A stretch of DNA of 64,000 bases from Pirellulales bacterium (lineage in GTDB: Bacteria; Planctomycetota; Planctomycetia; Pirellulales; PNKZ01): assembly GCA_049840675.1 (NCBI GenBank), contig JASGKB010000001.1, positions 40,151-104,150 of the forward strand. The letters run 5' to 3'. A program made the translations under genes and the position numbers. This document shows positions 34,686 to 53,197 of the stretch, piece after piece; position 1 is the first letter of the stretch; every line of letters begins with the position of its first letter. The notes under the pieces are model-generated. The model ran no database searches. It was not told the DNA's origin and worked only from the letters and a program-made list of their open reading frames with translations.

Positions 34686-35995
34686 ATGTCCATGAATCGT
34701 CGTCACTTCATGTCGCACATGGCCGCTTCGGCCGCCATGACGGCGCCCGTCGCCGCGTCGTTCACCAACATCCTTCAGGCCAACGCCAAGGACATGCAGA
34801 AGCGGCAAAAAGCCTGCATTATGCTGTTCATGAACGCCGGACCTCCGACGATCGACATCTGGGACCTCAAGCCGGGCCAACCGACCGGCGGTCCGTTCCA
34901 AGAAATCGACACGTCGGCCCCCGGCGTGAAGATCAGCGAACACATGCCGTTGATGGCCAAGCAAATGCATCACACGGCCATCGTGCGCTCGATGAGCACC
35001 CGCGAAGCCGATCACAATCGCGGCCGTTACTACATGCACACCGGCTACGTGCCGAACCCGAGCATCGAGCACCCGAGCTACGGCGCCGTCATCGCCAAGG
35101 AACTCGGCAACCCGAACCTCGAAATTCCGCCGTTCGTCGCGATCGGCGGCTCGAGCTACGGCCCGGGCTTCTTGGGCATGAGCTACGCCCCGTTCGCCGT
35201 CGACTCCAACGGCGACGTTCGTAACCTGAACATGAACATGGAAGCCCCGCGTTTGGCTCAGCGGCTCGGCCTGCTGTCCGAAATCGAAGGCGGTTTCGCC
35301 ATGTCGTCGCGCGGCGAAGCCCCGATCGAACACAAGAAGGTGATCGATCGCACGGTGACGCTGATGACCAGCGACCAAATGAAGGCGTTCAAGATCGACG
35401 ATGAACCGGCCAACGTGAAAGAACGTTACGGCATCGCCGCTCCGGCGCAGGAATGGCCGCCGGCGGTCAAGGCGGCATGCGTCGCAACACGACCTTCGGC
35501 CGTAGCTGCTTGGTCGCTCGCCGTTTGGTCGAGCGCGGCGTGCCGTTCGTCGAAGTGGACATGGGCGGCTGGGATCTCCACCAAACGACCCACGACACGC
35601 TGAAGAACAGCCTCCTGCCGGTGCTCGATCAGGGCATGAGCGCCCTCATCGAAGACCTGGCCCAACGCGGCATGTTGGAAGACACCGCCGTGGTCTGGAT
35701 GGGCGACTTCGGCCGTACGCCGCGCATCAACGCTCGCGCCGGTCGCGATCACTGGGCTCGTTGCTGGTCGACCGTGGTCGCCGGCGGCGGTCTCAAGGGC
35801 GGTCAAGCCGTGGGCGCGACGAATGAAGACGGCACCGCGGTGGCCGACGGCGTCGATCCGATCAAGTCGGAAGACTTGATGGCTTCGGTGCTCAAGGGCC
35901 TCGGCGTCTCGCTCGAAACCACCTACACGAGCAAGAACAACCGTCCGATGAAGATTGCCAACAGCGGCAAGGTCATCAAGGAACTGTTCGCCTAG
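34686..35995 (+). CDS. DUF1501 family protein with Tat signal; frameshift near 35450
   Basis: Motifs NRRHFM, GPPTIDIWDLKP, ARRLVERGV.FV, GWDLH and GDFGRTP.IN...GRDHW. Confidence 0.9.
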
Positions 35996-36053
35996 TCTGC
36001 GTTCTCGACCCTCTCTCCCTGCGAGAGAGGGTCGTCACTCTCTGCGTGATTTC

Positions 36054-36090
36054 CACCGGCCGCGGGCTTCCCACCCGCGGCCGGTTTTTT
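36054..36090 (+). terminator. Intrinsic terminator
   Basis: ACCGGCCGCGGG-loop-CCCGCGGCCGGT followed by a T-run, after the DUF1501 gene. Confidence 0.8.
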
Positions 36091-36175
36091 ATTGCGCCCG
36101 GATCGCCGCGGCAAACTCGGATAGGCGTCGGCCCGGTCGGGGCTACACTGACGTCATCCCCTGAGAACCCCGACG

Positions 36176-36610
36176 ATGCTCCAATTCGTATTCGCCGCGT
36201 GCCTTTGCTTCGCGCCCCCTGCTCCGGCGGAGAGCGTGAGTCTCGATCGCGCCGCAGCAACCGCAAAAAACTTCGACCGACTGCAGGAGTTTCAACACGG
36301 CCGTAAACTGCTGGACTTGGTCGCACAAGAGTCCGACGATCAGACCGAACGGCTCAAGCCGTTCATCGGCTCAGTCGCTACGTTTCTTGCCCGCTGGCCC
36401 GGCGAGTCGGGAGAAGTCGACTTCGAAGGGGAACAAAAGACACGGCTGCACTTCGTCAACGTTCGCGGACGCCCTGTTAAGCACGCGCCGTCCGGCGCCG
36501 TTTGGGCCGACTATCTCATCACGGGAAAAGTTCTGAAAGTCGACGCCGACTCGCGAACGATTTTGCTGGAAGTCGACGACAAGAGTTTCGAGTTCCTGCA
36601 ATCCGGCTAG
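36176..36610 (+). CDS. Hypothetical exported protein
   Basis: Signal-peptide-like N-terminus; intact ORF with host-like codon usage. Confidence 0.6.
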   Translation: MLQFVFAACLCFAPPAPAESVSLDRAAATAKNFDRLQEFQHGRKLLDLVAQESDDQTERLKPFIGSVATFLARWPGESGEVDFEGEQKTRLHFVNVRGRPVKHAPSGAVWADYLITGKVLKVDADSRTILLEVDDKSFEFLQSG

Positions 36611-36740
36611 ACGAAACGGACGATCCGGCCGAACCGTACGCCGCTCAATTCAGAGCGGCATGGTCGGCCGGAGGGAATGCCGCGAAAATGACCGACGACT
36701 TCGACTACGACGCACACCGCAAGACCCAGACCAACTCGTA

Positions 36741-37154
36741 ATGCCCGCCAATCTCCTCTTCCTGCTCATCGTCAGCACTTTGATTTCGACGATGCTGCTC
36801 CGCGCGGCCGTCGTGATTTACAACCGCATCACTGCCCAACCGTCGGTCGGCGGGCTCTCGTTTCGCCAAGCCTTGGGCATTTCGCTCGTCACGTTTCTCA
36901 TCGGAGCCGTGGCGGGAGCGGTCGTCGGCGGCGTGCTGCAAGTCGAAGGTCGGCCGCCGCAAGACGTGCTGCCGCTGATGTACGCGTCGATCGGGCTGAA
37001 CGTCGTCGTCACGGCGTCGCTCGTCGGCTACGTGCTGCAAATCCCCTTTCGCCGCGGCCTGACGATCGCCGCGTTGCAGACGTTCATCCAATTCCTCATC
37101 GTCGCCGCCTGCCTGATGCTGTACGCACTCACCGGCGGCAGCATCGCGCCGTAA
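36741..37154 (+). CDS. Hypothetical membrane protein with four TM helices
   Basis: Four hydrophobic helices from MPANLLF. Confidence 0.65.
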   Translation: MPANLLFLLIVSTLISTMLLRAAVVIYNRITAQPSVGGLSFRQALGISLVTFLIGAVAGAVVGGVLQVEGRPPQDVLPLMYASIGLNVVVTASLVGYVLQIPFRRGLTIAALQTFIQFLIVAACLMLYALTGGSIAP

Positions 37155-37244
37155 CTCAAGCGCGCCGTCACGAACGGCGCTCCCCCAAAAGCCGACCCAA
37201 ACAGCGAGCCGGGAGCGTCAGCGACCGGAGTCCCCCGCAAACGC

Positions 37245-38001
37245 TCACACTTCGAGAGTCTTGCCGTCTTCGGCCAGCTCGGTGTTCGGAAAAATCCGCC
37301 GCGCCGCGGCCAGCCCGACGGGGTCGATTTCGTTAATCGCCGGGTTCAAATGCGTGAGCACCAATCGGCCGACCTTGGCCGCCTTGGCCAGTTCGGCGAC
37401 CGGCGTCGTTTGGCTGTGCCCCGTCTTCTCGGCAAACTCGGCCGGCACGTCGTCGCCGAAGTAGCACTCGTGCAGCAGCAGATCGACGCCGCGAACCTGC
37501 GCAACGTACGGCGCATCAGGTTCGCGCCGTCGTGTCGGTGACGTACGCCAGCGATCGGCCGGCCGCTTCGAGACGAAAGCCGATCGACCCGCCCGGATGC
37601 TCCAGCGGAAAGTAGGTTACCTGCCCGCCGCTGGCGACTTCGATCGGCCGCGGCTTCTGCAAATCGAGCGGCCGCATTTCAAACGTCGGCACCACGGGAA
37701 ACAACTCGGCCGAGAACAAATGCTCGCGAATCGCCGCCAGCTTCGCGCCGTCGCCGTGCACCGTCACGCGCCGCATTTGCTTGTCGTACAGCGCACCGAG
37801 CAGAAACGTGAGCCCGACGACGTGATCCAAATGGGCGTGCGAGAGAAAGATGTCGAGCTCGTCGGTCGTCAGCACGCTCCGCAACCGATGCATTCCGGTC
37901 CCCGCATCGAACACCACGCCGATTTCCGGCAGCATGTAGCAAGCCGTATCGCGCAAATCGTTCGGGTGATAACCGGTGGTGCCGAGCATGACGAGCTTCA
38001 T
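37245..38001 (-). CDS. rnz: Ribonuclease Z-like metallo-beta-lactamase-fold hydrolase; frameshift near 37520
   Basis: Motifs LGTTG, DAGTG, SHAHLDHVVGL, YVTDT, LLHEC, TGHS and LVLTH. Confidence 0.75.
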
Positions 38002-38069
38002 GCCGGCTATTGTACCGTGGAATTGGAGAACTTCACCACGGAGGCGCGAAGAGCAGGTAGCGACTTAAG

Positions 38070-38194
38070 AATGACCAATGATCAAGCACCAAATTCCAAA
38101 CAATAGAAAACGAACGAAGGACCAAACGAGCCGCTTTCATCGGTCATTCGGTCTTGAGATTTGTTTGGGTTTTGGTGCTTGGTCATTGGTGCTT
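38070..38194. repeat. Inverted heptamer-repeat hairpin element
   Basis: AATGACCAATGATCAAGCACCAAATTCCAAACAA faces TTGTTTGGGTTTTGGTGCTTGGTCATTGGTGCTT; 7-nt periodic and AT-rich. Confidence 0.75.
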
Positions 38195-38210
38195 ACGCTC
38201 TGAGCGGTCT

Positions 38211-41200
38211 CTACCTCTGTTCCGTCGTCGTCGGCGCCGCAGCCCCCGGGCCGAGTAGTTTGTTCAAGCCGCGGTTCAGCGCATCTTGTCCGCGGTTGAG
38301 CGCGTTCTGCGCCGCGTTGGTTCCCTTATCCAGAGCGCCTGCGCCGCGGTCGTCCCGCGATTGAGGAACCCTTGCGTCATGTTCTGGCCTTGCTGTACCG
38401 CATCCGGCACCGCACCGGGCTGCCCGCCGAGCGCCTGCTGCGAAGTCGCCGGCCGCGGCGGTTTGTACGAATTGCGTCGTCGCCTGCCGGAACGCGTCGC
38501 GGTCGAGCGTCGGCTTCTGCAACGTGCCGGCGATCGGCACACGGATCACCTGCCCGGAGAGGGCCGCGTTGGCCACCGGCAAGTTCTGCAATAGGTGTGA
38601 AGGAATCGGCACCTCGGCCATGAGCGAAAGCGATTGATCGGCCACGCCGACCGAGCCCATCGTCCGCACCGTCACGTTCGGAAACGCAAACTCCAAATTC
38701 TGGTGATAGATCCGTCCTTCGATCATCTTGAAGTCGACGACTGATTCGCGCGTCAGGTTCACCGAGGCCGGCAAGTTCACCAGCGTCGCCAGTTCCTGCG
38801 TGAGGAAGCCGGGGCCGACGTCGACGTCGTGCACCGTGAGCTTGCCGCCGATCGCGCCGGCCGCCGGGTTGCTGATCGGCACGCGGAATTCGTCGAGCGC
38901 AATCGAGAACCGGCCGCCGACCTGCGCGACGCCCGCCATGATCGGCATGACGTACTGCAAGCGCTCGTTGGCCATTTCGCGGGTGATCGTCACGTGGTCG
39001 GCCAGCAGGCCCGGATCGAGCCGTACTTCCATCGGCTCCGGCCCCATGCGCACCGTGGGAGCCAGCCGCAGTTTGCCGCCGCCGGCAGGCACTTCGAGCG
39101 CCGTCGTCCGCAAGTAGCCTTGGCCGAGCGTCGCTTCGAGTTGGTTCTTCGGTACGACGAAGCCGTACGCGCCGAGCTGGTCCCACCCGAAACGCTGCGC
39201 CGCCTTGCAGTTGATGCCAAGCGAGCGCGTCAGGCCGTTTCAAATCGACCAGCGCGCCGGAGAGCTGAAACGGTTGCGTTTCGCGACCGGTCATCATCAC
39301 GCTTTTGTCGAGTGATGTTTGGGCCAACGGCGTGAGCTTGGCCAGATCGTAGGTGAGTTCGCCGCGGCAATCGAGCACCCGCGTGGTGCTGATCTGATCG
39401 AGCTTGCCGGAGAGCAATACGCGCAGTGCATCGGCGGCCACTTCCAAGCGATCGATGGCCAAGGCATCGCGACGCGGCTCATACACGCCGCTGCCGACCA
39501 TCCGCACTTGCGGCTCGCGCCACAACGTCGCCGCTCCCTGCTGTACGACGAGGTCTTTCACGACGGCGTCGAGCGCCACGGCCGTCACGGCGCCGGTCCG
39601 TTCCAACTTGCCCGAAGCTTCAATGAGGCCGGCGTAGCGCAGCGGCGTCGTACTCGAGGAACCGGTCGCGGAGGAAGCGACGAGCAACTTGGCGAGGTCG
39701 CCGCGCAACCCGAGTTCGCCGTGCAGCTCCGGAGCTGCGCCCTTGGCCCGGGATGTATGCGAAGTTGCGGAGTGCGGCTTGCGTGCCGACGCTGTTGAGC
39801 GTGGCCTCGCGAACTTCAGTGCGATCCGGATGATAGCGGCCGACGAGCGTCAACTCTCCCGCCGGCTCGTCGATCGCGAGGCCCGGCATGGCCAACCGGA
39901 GCGGTTTGGCCGTGAGCTTCGATTGCACGATGGTTACTTCTTGCGGCAGGCGAATCTCGCCGACGGCGTTGAGTTCCACTTGGCCGTCGGCCGAGACCAT
40001 GGCCGGAATTCCGGCAAACGGCCGGAGCCGCGCGAGCCAAGTCGCCAACTGCCCGCGCCCTTCCACGACGAGCGGCAGCACGGCTTGAGGGTTCGTCAAA
40101 TCGGCGACCGGCGCGGTGAGTCGAGCCGTGAGCTGATCGCCGGCCGATTCGAGGCCGACCGTCGCTTCGTCGAGCGAAGCGATGCTCAGGCCGGCGGCGC
40201 GACCCAAGGCTCGCACGCCGACGACAAGTTGCTTCTCCGTCCAGGTCGGATAACCGGGGCAGAGCAGTTCGAAACCGTTGACGGCCGCGGTCCCTTCCAC
40301 GCGGAACCGATCTTGCTCGCGCGTCCATGAAGCTTCCGCGGTCCCCTGCCCTCGACATTGCAGCCCGACCAAATCAATGAATTGATCCAGCCTCGCCGAG
40401 AGTTGATCAAGCGAATATTGCGCCTGCAGCGTGAACTGGCTCGGCGTGTTGACCCCTTCGACCACGAGGAAGTCCGACCGGCAATTGACTCGATTGACCA
40501 CCGGGCCGCCCGAAGTTTCGACGGCGGTGACCACGGCCGTGAGCGGTTGCTGCCAAGTGACGGCCTGTCCGCGCCGAGGCCGTGAGGCTCGCCACGTCGA
40601 GGTCGGCCTGCCATTGCCGCACGCCCGCTTCATTGCGTTTGCTTTGCACGCCGACGACGACGTCGCCGCCGGTGACTTGTACGTCGTCGCGGAGCCGCAT
40701 CACGTGCGGCATCGATTGAGCGATCTTCGCCAAGCTCACACGAGCCGACGCGTGCCCGTCGCACCGCACCAGCAAGTCGAGCAGGCCGGCGACGCTGTAA
40801 GTGCTGAACAGCTTCGTGTAATCGTTGAGCACCAGCCGTGCTTCGGCCGACGCGAGATCGCAGGCTACGCCGAGCTGTTCGATGTTGAGTTGCGTGCCGA
40901 CGACGGAGGCCCGAATCGGCAGGTCGACGCTGTCGAGGCGAAGTTCGTCGCCGTCGAGCCACATGCCGCCGACGCACGGCCGTCGCAAACCGATTTGACC
41001 GTCGACGGAGACGGTCGACGGCGAGGCCGCGTAGTCGAACTTCGTTTGCACTTTGCCCACGGCCACGCCGGTGAACGTCAGGCCGGGCAGAAATCGCCGC
41101 GTCAGTGCGCCGACGAGATCGAGCGGCAAGGCGTCGATTTCCGCCGATGCGTCCCCTTGCGGAACGGCCGCACCGCCGTCGGTCGACAGGTCGCGATAGT

Positions 41201-41889
41201 TGCAGCGCAGACGAATCGGCCGCGGGCCGTCGGCGAAGGCCACGGAACCTTGCACGTCGACCGATAGCGGCTCGGTCGCCGCGGCCGGCACGATGACGAC
41301 CCCGCCGACGCGGGCAATTTGCCACTTCCGGTTGGTCAGCTCCTCGCGAACTTCAATCGAGCCGTCGACCAGCTCGAGCGCCACGTCGACGCCTTGCACA
41401 GAGGTGCCGGTCGCGGCTTTCGCGGCCGACGTGAAGTTGGCGAGCACTTCATCGAGATTCGTTTTGCCGTCGCCGCGAACGACGAGATTCAAGAACGGAC
41501 GTTCGATCCGAATGCGGCCGAGTTGCGTCGGACGCACGGCGAGATCGAGCAATTTACGATCGGCATGCACGAGCGCGGTGCGGCGCGACGAGTTGTCCGT
41601 CGTGCCCCGTGAGCTCGACCTCTTCGGCCTGCGGTTCCGTGAACCAGTTCAGCGAGGCTTCGCCGATCGTCACTTTGCCTTGCACGTCTTGCGAGGCCAG
41701 CCCGACGATGTAACGCAGCAGCGGCGTGCGGGCCACGATCTGCGGCGCCGCGACGACGAGGATCACGAGCCCGACGACGACGAAGAGCAACCGTCGTCCG
41801 GTCTTGCTGCGGCGCGGTGGGGCGAAGATCGGGTCGTCGATCGCCGTGTCGTTGTCGGAAGTCGACGCACGCTTATTGTTCGTGGCCAT
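38211..41889 (-). CDS. Large AsmA-like beta-rich envelope protein; multiple frameshifts
   Basis: N-terminal TM anchor (LLFVVVGLVILVVAAP) and long amphipathic beta-strand repeats; C-terminus TMGSVG..DQSL...VPIAGTLQKP. Joins five fragments. Confidence 0.65.
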
Positions 41890-42067
41890 GCTGCGCTCGT
41901 CCGTGAGCTGGAGATGGGAGCGAAAGACGGGCAAAAAGGGCCGGAATGATAGGGATTTGCGCGATTCTCATCCAGACGAACACGCGGCCTCGGTGCGGCG
42001 GCATGGAAGGGAATTCGCCGCCGATTTAGAATCGCAGTCGTACGTCCCGCCGCTTTGGAGCCCGCGC

Positions 42068-43343
42068 GTGTCGCAGTACCCTCGCATCTTTCGTGTTCGC
42101 CAACATTTCACCGGGCCGCAAGTCGCCGACATCGACGCCGAAGTGCGCGGCCAGCTCGGCCGGTTGCCGCTCGACAAGCGCATTCGGCCGGGCGAGAGCG
42201 TCGCCGTCACTGCCGGCAGTCGCGGCATCGCGAACATCGCCCAAATCATTCGGGCTTCGGTCGCACATCTGAAATCGATCGGCGCGAAACCGTTTATCGT
42301 GCCGGCCATGGGAAGCCACGGCGGCGGTACGGCGGAAGGGCAGGTCGAAATCCTGCACGGCTACGGCATCACCGAAGAGTATTGCGGCTGCCCGATTCGT
42401 GCGAGCATGGAGACGATCATCGTCTGCCAGACGCGCGAAGGGTTTCCGGTGCACTTCGACAAACATGCCTCGCAAGCCGACCACGTGCTGGTCGTCGGCC
42501 GCATCAAGCCGCACACCGGCTTCGTCGGCGATATCGAAAGCGGGCTGATGAAGATGATGCTCATCGGCTTAGGGAAGCACGCCGGCGCGCTGGTGTATCA
42601 CCGCGCGATTCAGGATTACAGCTTCCCGCAGATCGTGCGCAGCGTCGCGGCCGAAGTGATCGCCAAATGTAAGATCGTCGCGGGCCTGGGGATCGTCGAG
42701 AACGAGCGCGAGGAAACGGCCCAGCTGGCCGCCGTACTTCCCGAAGAACTCGAAGCGCGCGAGAAAGAACTCTTGGTCTTGGCCAAGCAGTGGATACCTC
42801 GGCTCCCGTTCGAACGTTGCCACATGCTCATGGTCGACCAGATCGGCAAGAACATCAGCGGCACGGGGATGGATACCAACGTCGTCGGCCGAAAGTACAA
42901 CGACCATAAGGCCGTGGAAGACGAATGGCCGAAGGTGAAGGTGATCGCCGTGCGATCGCTCACCGAAGAAACGCACGGCAACGCCACCGGCCTGGGGATG
43001 GCTGAATTCTGCCGCTCGCGCGTGCTGGAGCAAATTGACGTGAAGAAGACCCGCATCAATTGCCTTACCGGCGGGCACGTGGCGGCGGGAATGACGCCCT
43101 TCGACTACCCGACCGATCGCGAGATTCTTCGACATCGCGCTGCCGACGATCGGTCTCACCGATCCGCCTCACGCCAAGCTGCTCTGGGTCCACAACACGC
43201 TCGACCTCGTGGAAGTGGAATGCGGCGAGGCGTATTTGCCCGAAGCGCGCGAGAAGGCGAACTTGGAGATTCTTACAGAGCCGCGTCCGCTTCCATTCAA
43301 CGCGGAAGGCAACTTGCCGGACTCCGTGAAGGCGTGGCGATGA
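42068..43343 (+). CDS. Lactate racemase (LarA/DUF2088) domain protein; frameshift near 43130
   Basis: Motifs TAGSRGIANI, PAMGSHGG.T.EGQ, RIKPHT.F, ESGLMKM..IGLGK and GKNISGTGMD.N. Confidence 0.8.
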
Positions 43344-43431
43344 GGCGGTGTGCGGCTATTTAACGACCGCGCGTGCGACGAGCGCCGCACTCCCCGTGCT
43401 TGCGCGTTGGACCTAGCGTTTGTCGTTGCAG

Positions 43432-43905
43432 TCAGCGGCCGCTACGGCAACTTCCGCAACAGGCCTTGGTCGTAGCCGACGTACTAGGAAGCGATTCGAG
43501 CATCCGAGCCCATTGCGCCAATAGGCGATGATGGCGATGCTTCAAATAATCGTGAGCTTCGCGTAGCCGGTCTTGGGCCATGCGTTCCTCTTCGTGCGAA
43601 ACCGGCAGAACCGCCGCGGAATTTTCGCAGCAGGCCGGATCGATGCCGGGCTGTGCGGCCGTGCGTTCGCCGCACGCCAGCGAATGCTCGTGGTCGGCGA
43701 AGTCTTGCTGGTAGCTGCGAATGGCCCCGGCGTGAACCGACATCGCCGCCTCGTGAGCTTCGAGTGCGGCCTGCACGCGCTGCAAATCGCGATGCATGCC
43801 CGCCGCCTCGGCTTGCCAGAGGCTGATTTCCTCGCGCCAAAGGTCGTTCTCGTTGTTCCAACGCTGATGGTCTTCGTGCATGCGGATGTTGGCGACGTGT
43901 GTCAT
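43432..43905 (-). CDS. Hypothetical His/Cys-rich coiled-coil protein
   Basis: GAGGTG RBS before the ATG at 43905; helical; motifs PACCE and KACCGSC. Confidence 0.7.
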   Translation of the reverse strand: MTHVANIRMHEDHQRWNNENDLWREEISLWQAEAAGMHRDLQRVQAALEAHEAAMSVHAGAIRSYQQDFADHEHSLACGERTAAQPGIDPACCENSAAVLPVSHEEERMAQDRLREAHDYLKHRHHRLLAQWARMLESLPSTSATTKACCGSCRSGR

Positions 43906-43955
43906 GGCGGCACCTCGAAATCGGGCGGGGCTTACGGCAATCGGCTGATGAGGAA

Positions 43956-43971
43956 TGCACGCGCCGTGCCG
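43956..43971 (-). promoter_or_regulatory. Putative sigma-54 promoter
   Basis: Minus strand CGGCACGGCGCGTGCA (GG-N10-GC), about 50 bp upstream of the ATG at 43905. Confidence 0.5.
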
Positions 43972-44170
43972 CGGCGACGCCGTCGCGCCAAGAGTGCCAG
44001 AATCGCGGCAATTCGGCCGTCGCAAGGAAACCGGTCGTCATTGATTCGGCAATACCTAGGCGTGCGGCCGTTCCCAGGAGGCACATTGGTGCGCGGGCCC
44101 GCGCGCTTCTAGAATCGGGCGAATCGCCATTCGGGCTTTGACTCCTTCTTCTCTCGCCGAGACACCGCTT

Positions 44171-45272
44171 ATGAACAGTTCGAACGGCGAAGAATCCCTG
44201 CTCGCCGGTTCGCTCTTTTTCAATGCGGCCTTCGATTGGGGTGATGAGATCGATTTGTGCGAGCCGCGCCGTTGGCCCCTTCGCAAGAACAAGATTTGGG
44301 CCGGCGACCGCGAACGCCGGCTTCGATCAGTTACCGTCCCGCTCCTCTGCAATTTCCGCTGGCCGACGTCGGCATAAGGTTCGGCGATCGCGACGTGACG
44401 GCCCGCGCCGAAGCATCCGTGTTCGACTTCGGCGGCGTCAACGTACGGCTGGAAATTCCGCTCGATTGCGGACCCGAAGAATTACGCCGCGCGGCGGGAA
44501 ACCCGGCATTGCAACAATCGATGATTCGCGCGGCCCGGCAAGCGGTGGAACCCCTTCACCAACGACTCTTGCCGACGATCAAAGGGCCGGCCTGGAGCGA
44601 ACTGGTCGAAGAGTATTTCGTGTTCCGATTCGCTCCCGAGAACTGGTCGTCGGTCGAGAATGTCGCGTCGTCGCGGGCTGACTGGCTCGCCGGGCTTTTG
44701 CGATTGGAAGCCGGCCCCTTGGCGGCCGAGCAAGTGAACGAGGCCTTGAGCCGGCGCATCGCCTACGCGCCGCACGACTTGGTCGTCATCGATTGGGCGG
44801 CGGCCGTGGTGATCGACCACGATTGCGCGAGACGTTGCGAACGTTGGAGTTCGCCAATTTGCAGTTGCTGGAGTTTCGCTTGATCGACCGTCGGCTCGAC
44901 GACGCGCTGGAGAAAGCCTACGGACTCGTGCATTCGCTCGTCCGTCGCCGGCTGCTCTTCTTCGGTCGCTTGCAAGACCGGCCGATGCGGGTACTCGGCG
45001 ACATCAAAATGGAAACTGAGGCGCTTTTCGATCGGGCCGCCGGGGCGTTGAAACTCGTGGGCGATCAGTACCTGGCCCGCGTGTATCACCTGACGGCGGC
45101 GCGGCTGCATCTCGACGAATGGTCCTCCAGTATCAAGAGTTCGCTGGACACCGTGCAGGACGTGTATCAGATCCTCTCCGACCAAGCGGCGGCCGGGCGG
45201 ATCGAACTGATGGAGCTGATCGTGATCTTGCTGATCGCGGTGGAGATCGTCATCTCGCTGGTCGGACACTGA
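44171..45272 (+). CDS. DUF155/RMD1-like hypothetical membrane protein; frameshifts near 44285 and 44828
   Basis: Motifs AFDWGDEIDL, VFDFG, LEFANLQLLEFR..D..LD and GDQYLARVY; C-terminal TM segment ELIVILLIAVEI. Confidence 0.7.
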
Positions 45273-45904
45273 CCGAAACAGCCCGCGAAAGCCTTCGCCG
45301 GCCCCCTGCCGCGTCGCCGCAAGCCAAAGACTTGGGCGGAGATAGGCGTTTTCCCGCCGATTCAGAATCCGCTGTCAGCGGGTTGTATAGAATTCTCTTG
45401 TGTTCGCTTATAAGCGTCGATAAGTTAGAATACGGTATTACAGTACCGACGCGTTTCGCCGTCCGTATTTTGCGGCGTTGAAACGTGTCCCTGCCTGCCG
45501 AGTTCCTACAACTCGGCTACCCTGTTCCCCAAGCCGACGACTTCGACGATTTTCCCGGGCTGCTGGAAGCCTGCGAGAACGCGAATCGGCAAGGTTTGGA
45601 AGAATGGTGGACCGGCGATGTCCATTGGAGTCGGTTTCGAGGCCCCTCGGATCCCGGCTTGCTGACGTAAGTTGGTGGACGGCGCACGACCGGGTTTGCG
45701 GCAAGCTCTCGCTTGTCCGCGCGGTCAACGTGTCTCAACCGTCTCACGTCCGGCAGCGTTGAGCTACGGTTGATCGATCGAAATTCCCAAGTGCGGCCCC
45801 GTCGAATGCGGCTGCGCGCTGCGCGAACGTTCGCTCGTCCGGCCATAGTTCTCCCGGCGATCTCCGAGCGGTCTCTTCGTACGTGTTACGAGGATCTTGC
45901 GCTC

Positions 45905-51017
<5,113 letters not shown>

Positions 51018-51025
51018 CAAAAAGT

Positions 51026-51113
51026 AGGGAGCGGCGAGTGAGGAGTGGGGAATGAAGACAAGTTACATCGCTTGAATCTGTCGCTCCCCGCTCGCCGCTC
51101 ATCACTCCCCGCT
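51026..51113. repeat. Inverted heptamer-repeat hairpin
   Basis: GGGAGCG GCGAGTG AGGAGTG GGGAATG faces CGCTCCC CGCTCGC CGCTCAT CACTCCC. Confidence 0.7.
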
Positions 51114-51149
51114 CAATAAAAGTCACCTTTCGCTTCAGGAGGATCTCTC

Positions 51150-52619
<1,470 letters not shown>

Positions 52620-52713
52620 TCCGCTTCTTGAAACGCCGCAACTCCCCCCTTCGCTCGACGCGGCCGCCCTGGCGGCGGTCGCGTTCCCGCCTCGCTCGAA
52701 AGGAAGATTTACG

Positions 52714-53058
52714 ATGATCGATTTCGCCAACCCCGCTTCGGAAGTTACGCCGGAAACCGTCGCCGCGCTCGCCGGTGATCGGGAATCATTGGAAGGTTGG
52801 GCCGCGATGTTCGGCCTGATGGCCGACCGGACCCGACTGCGGATTCTCTATCACCTCTCGCGCCATGAAGAGCTGCATGTCGGCGGCCTGTGCGAACGGC
52901 TGAACCAAAGCCAACCGGCGGTGAGCCATCACCTGTCGCGGTTGCGCGAAGCCGGCGTGCTGGCGGCCCGCCGCGACGGCAAGCAGCGCTTCTATCGCCT
53001 GCTGCCGCAACGCTGCCGCGACGTCCTGCAAGCGGCCTTCCAAGGCGTGGAATCGTAA
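52714..53058 (+). CDS. ArsR/SmtB family transcriptional regulator
   Basis: ADRTRLRIL, V..LCE.L.QSQPAVSHHL..LR...RRDGK..FY. Confidence 0.9.
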   Translation: MIDFANPASEVTPETVAALAGDRESLEGWAAMFGLMADRTRLRILYHLSRHEELHVGGLCERLNQSQPAVSHHLSRLREAGVLAARRDGKQRFYRLLPQRCRDVLQAAFQGVES

Positions 53059-53197
53059 ATCGCTCGACGCGACTTCGCATTCAGGCGAGCGGGGGCCGTC
53101 AGGCCCCCGATGACGCCGAGAGAAGTTTCAGCGCAATTCGAAAGGCACACAGTCACCGGCCGGCTCACGCCGGCCGCTCGCCTTTACGCCCGCGCAC

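Noticed and set aside
43985-43999. Second sigma-54-like motif TGGCACTCTTGGCGC on the minus strand
   Set aside because: The -12 element is poor (GCGC rather than TTGC); the site at 43956-43971 fits better.
45485-45670. 61-aa ORF upstream of the giant DUF1553 gene (possible leader peptide)
   Set aside because: GTG start without a clear RBS and no recognisable motif; it cannot be supported from the sequence alone.
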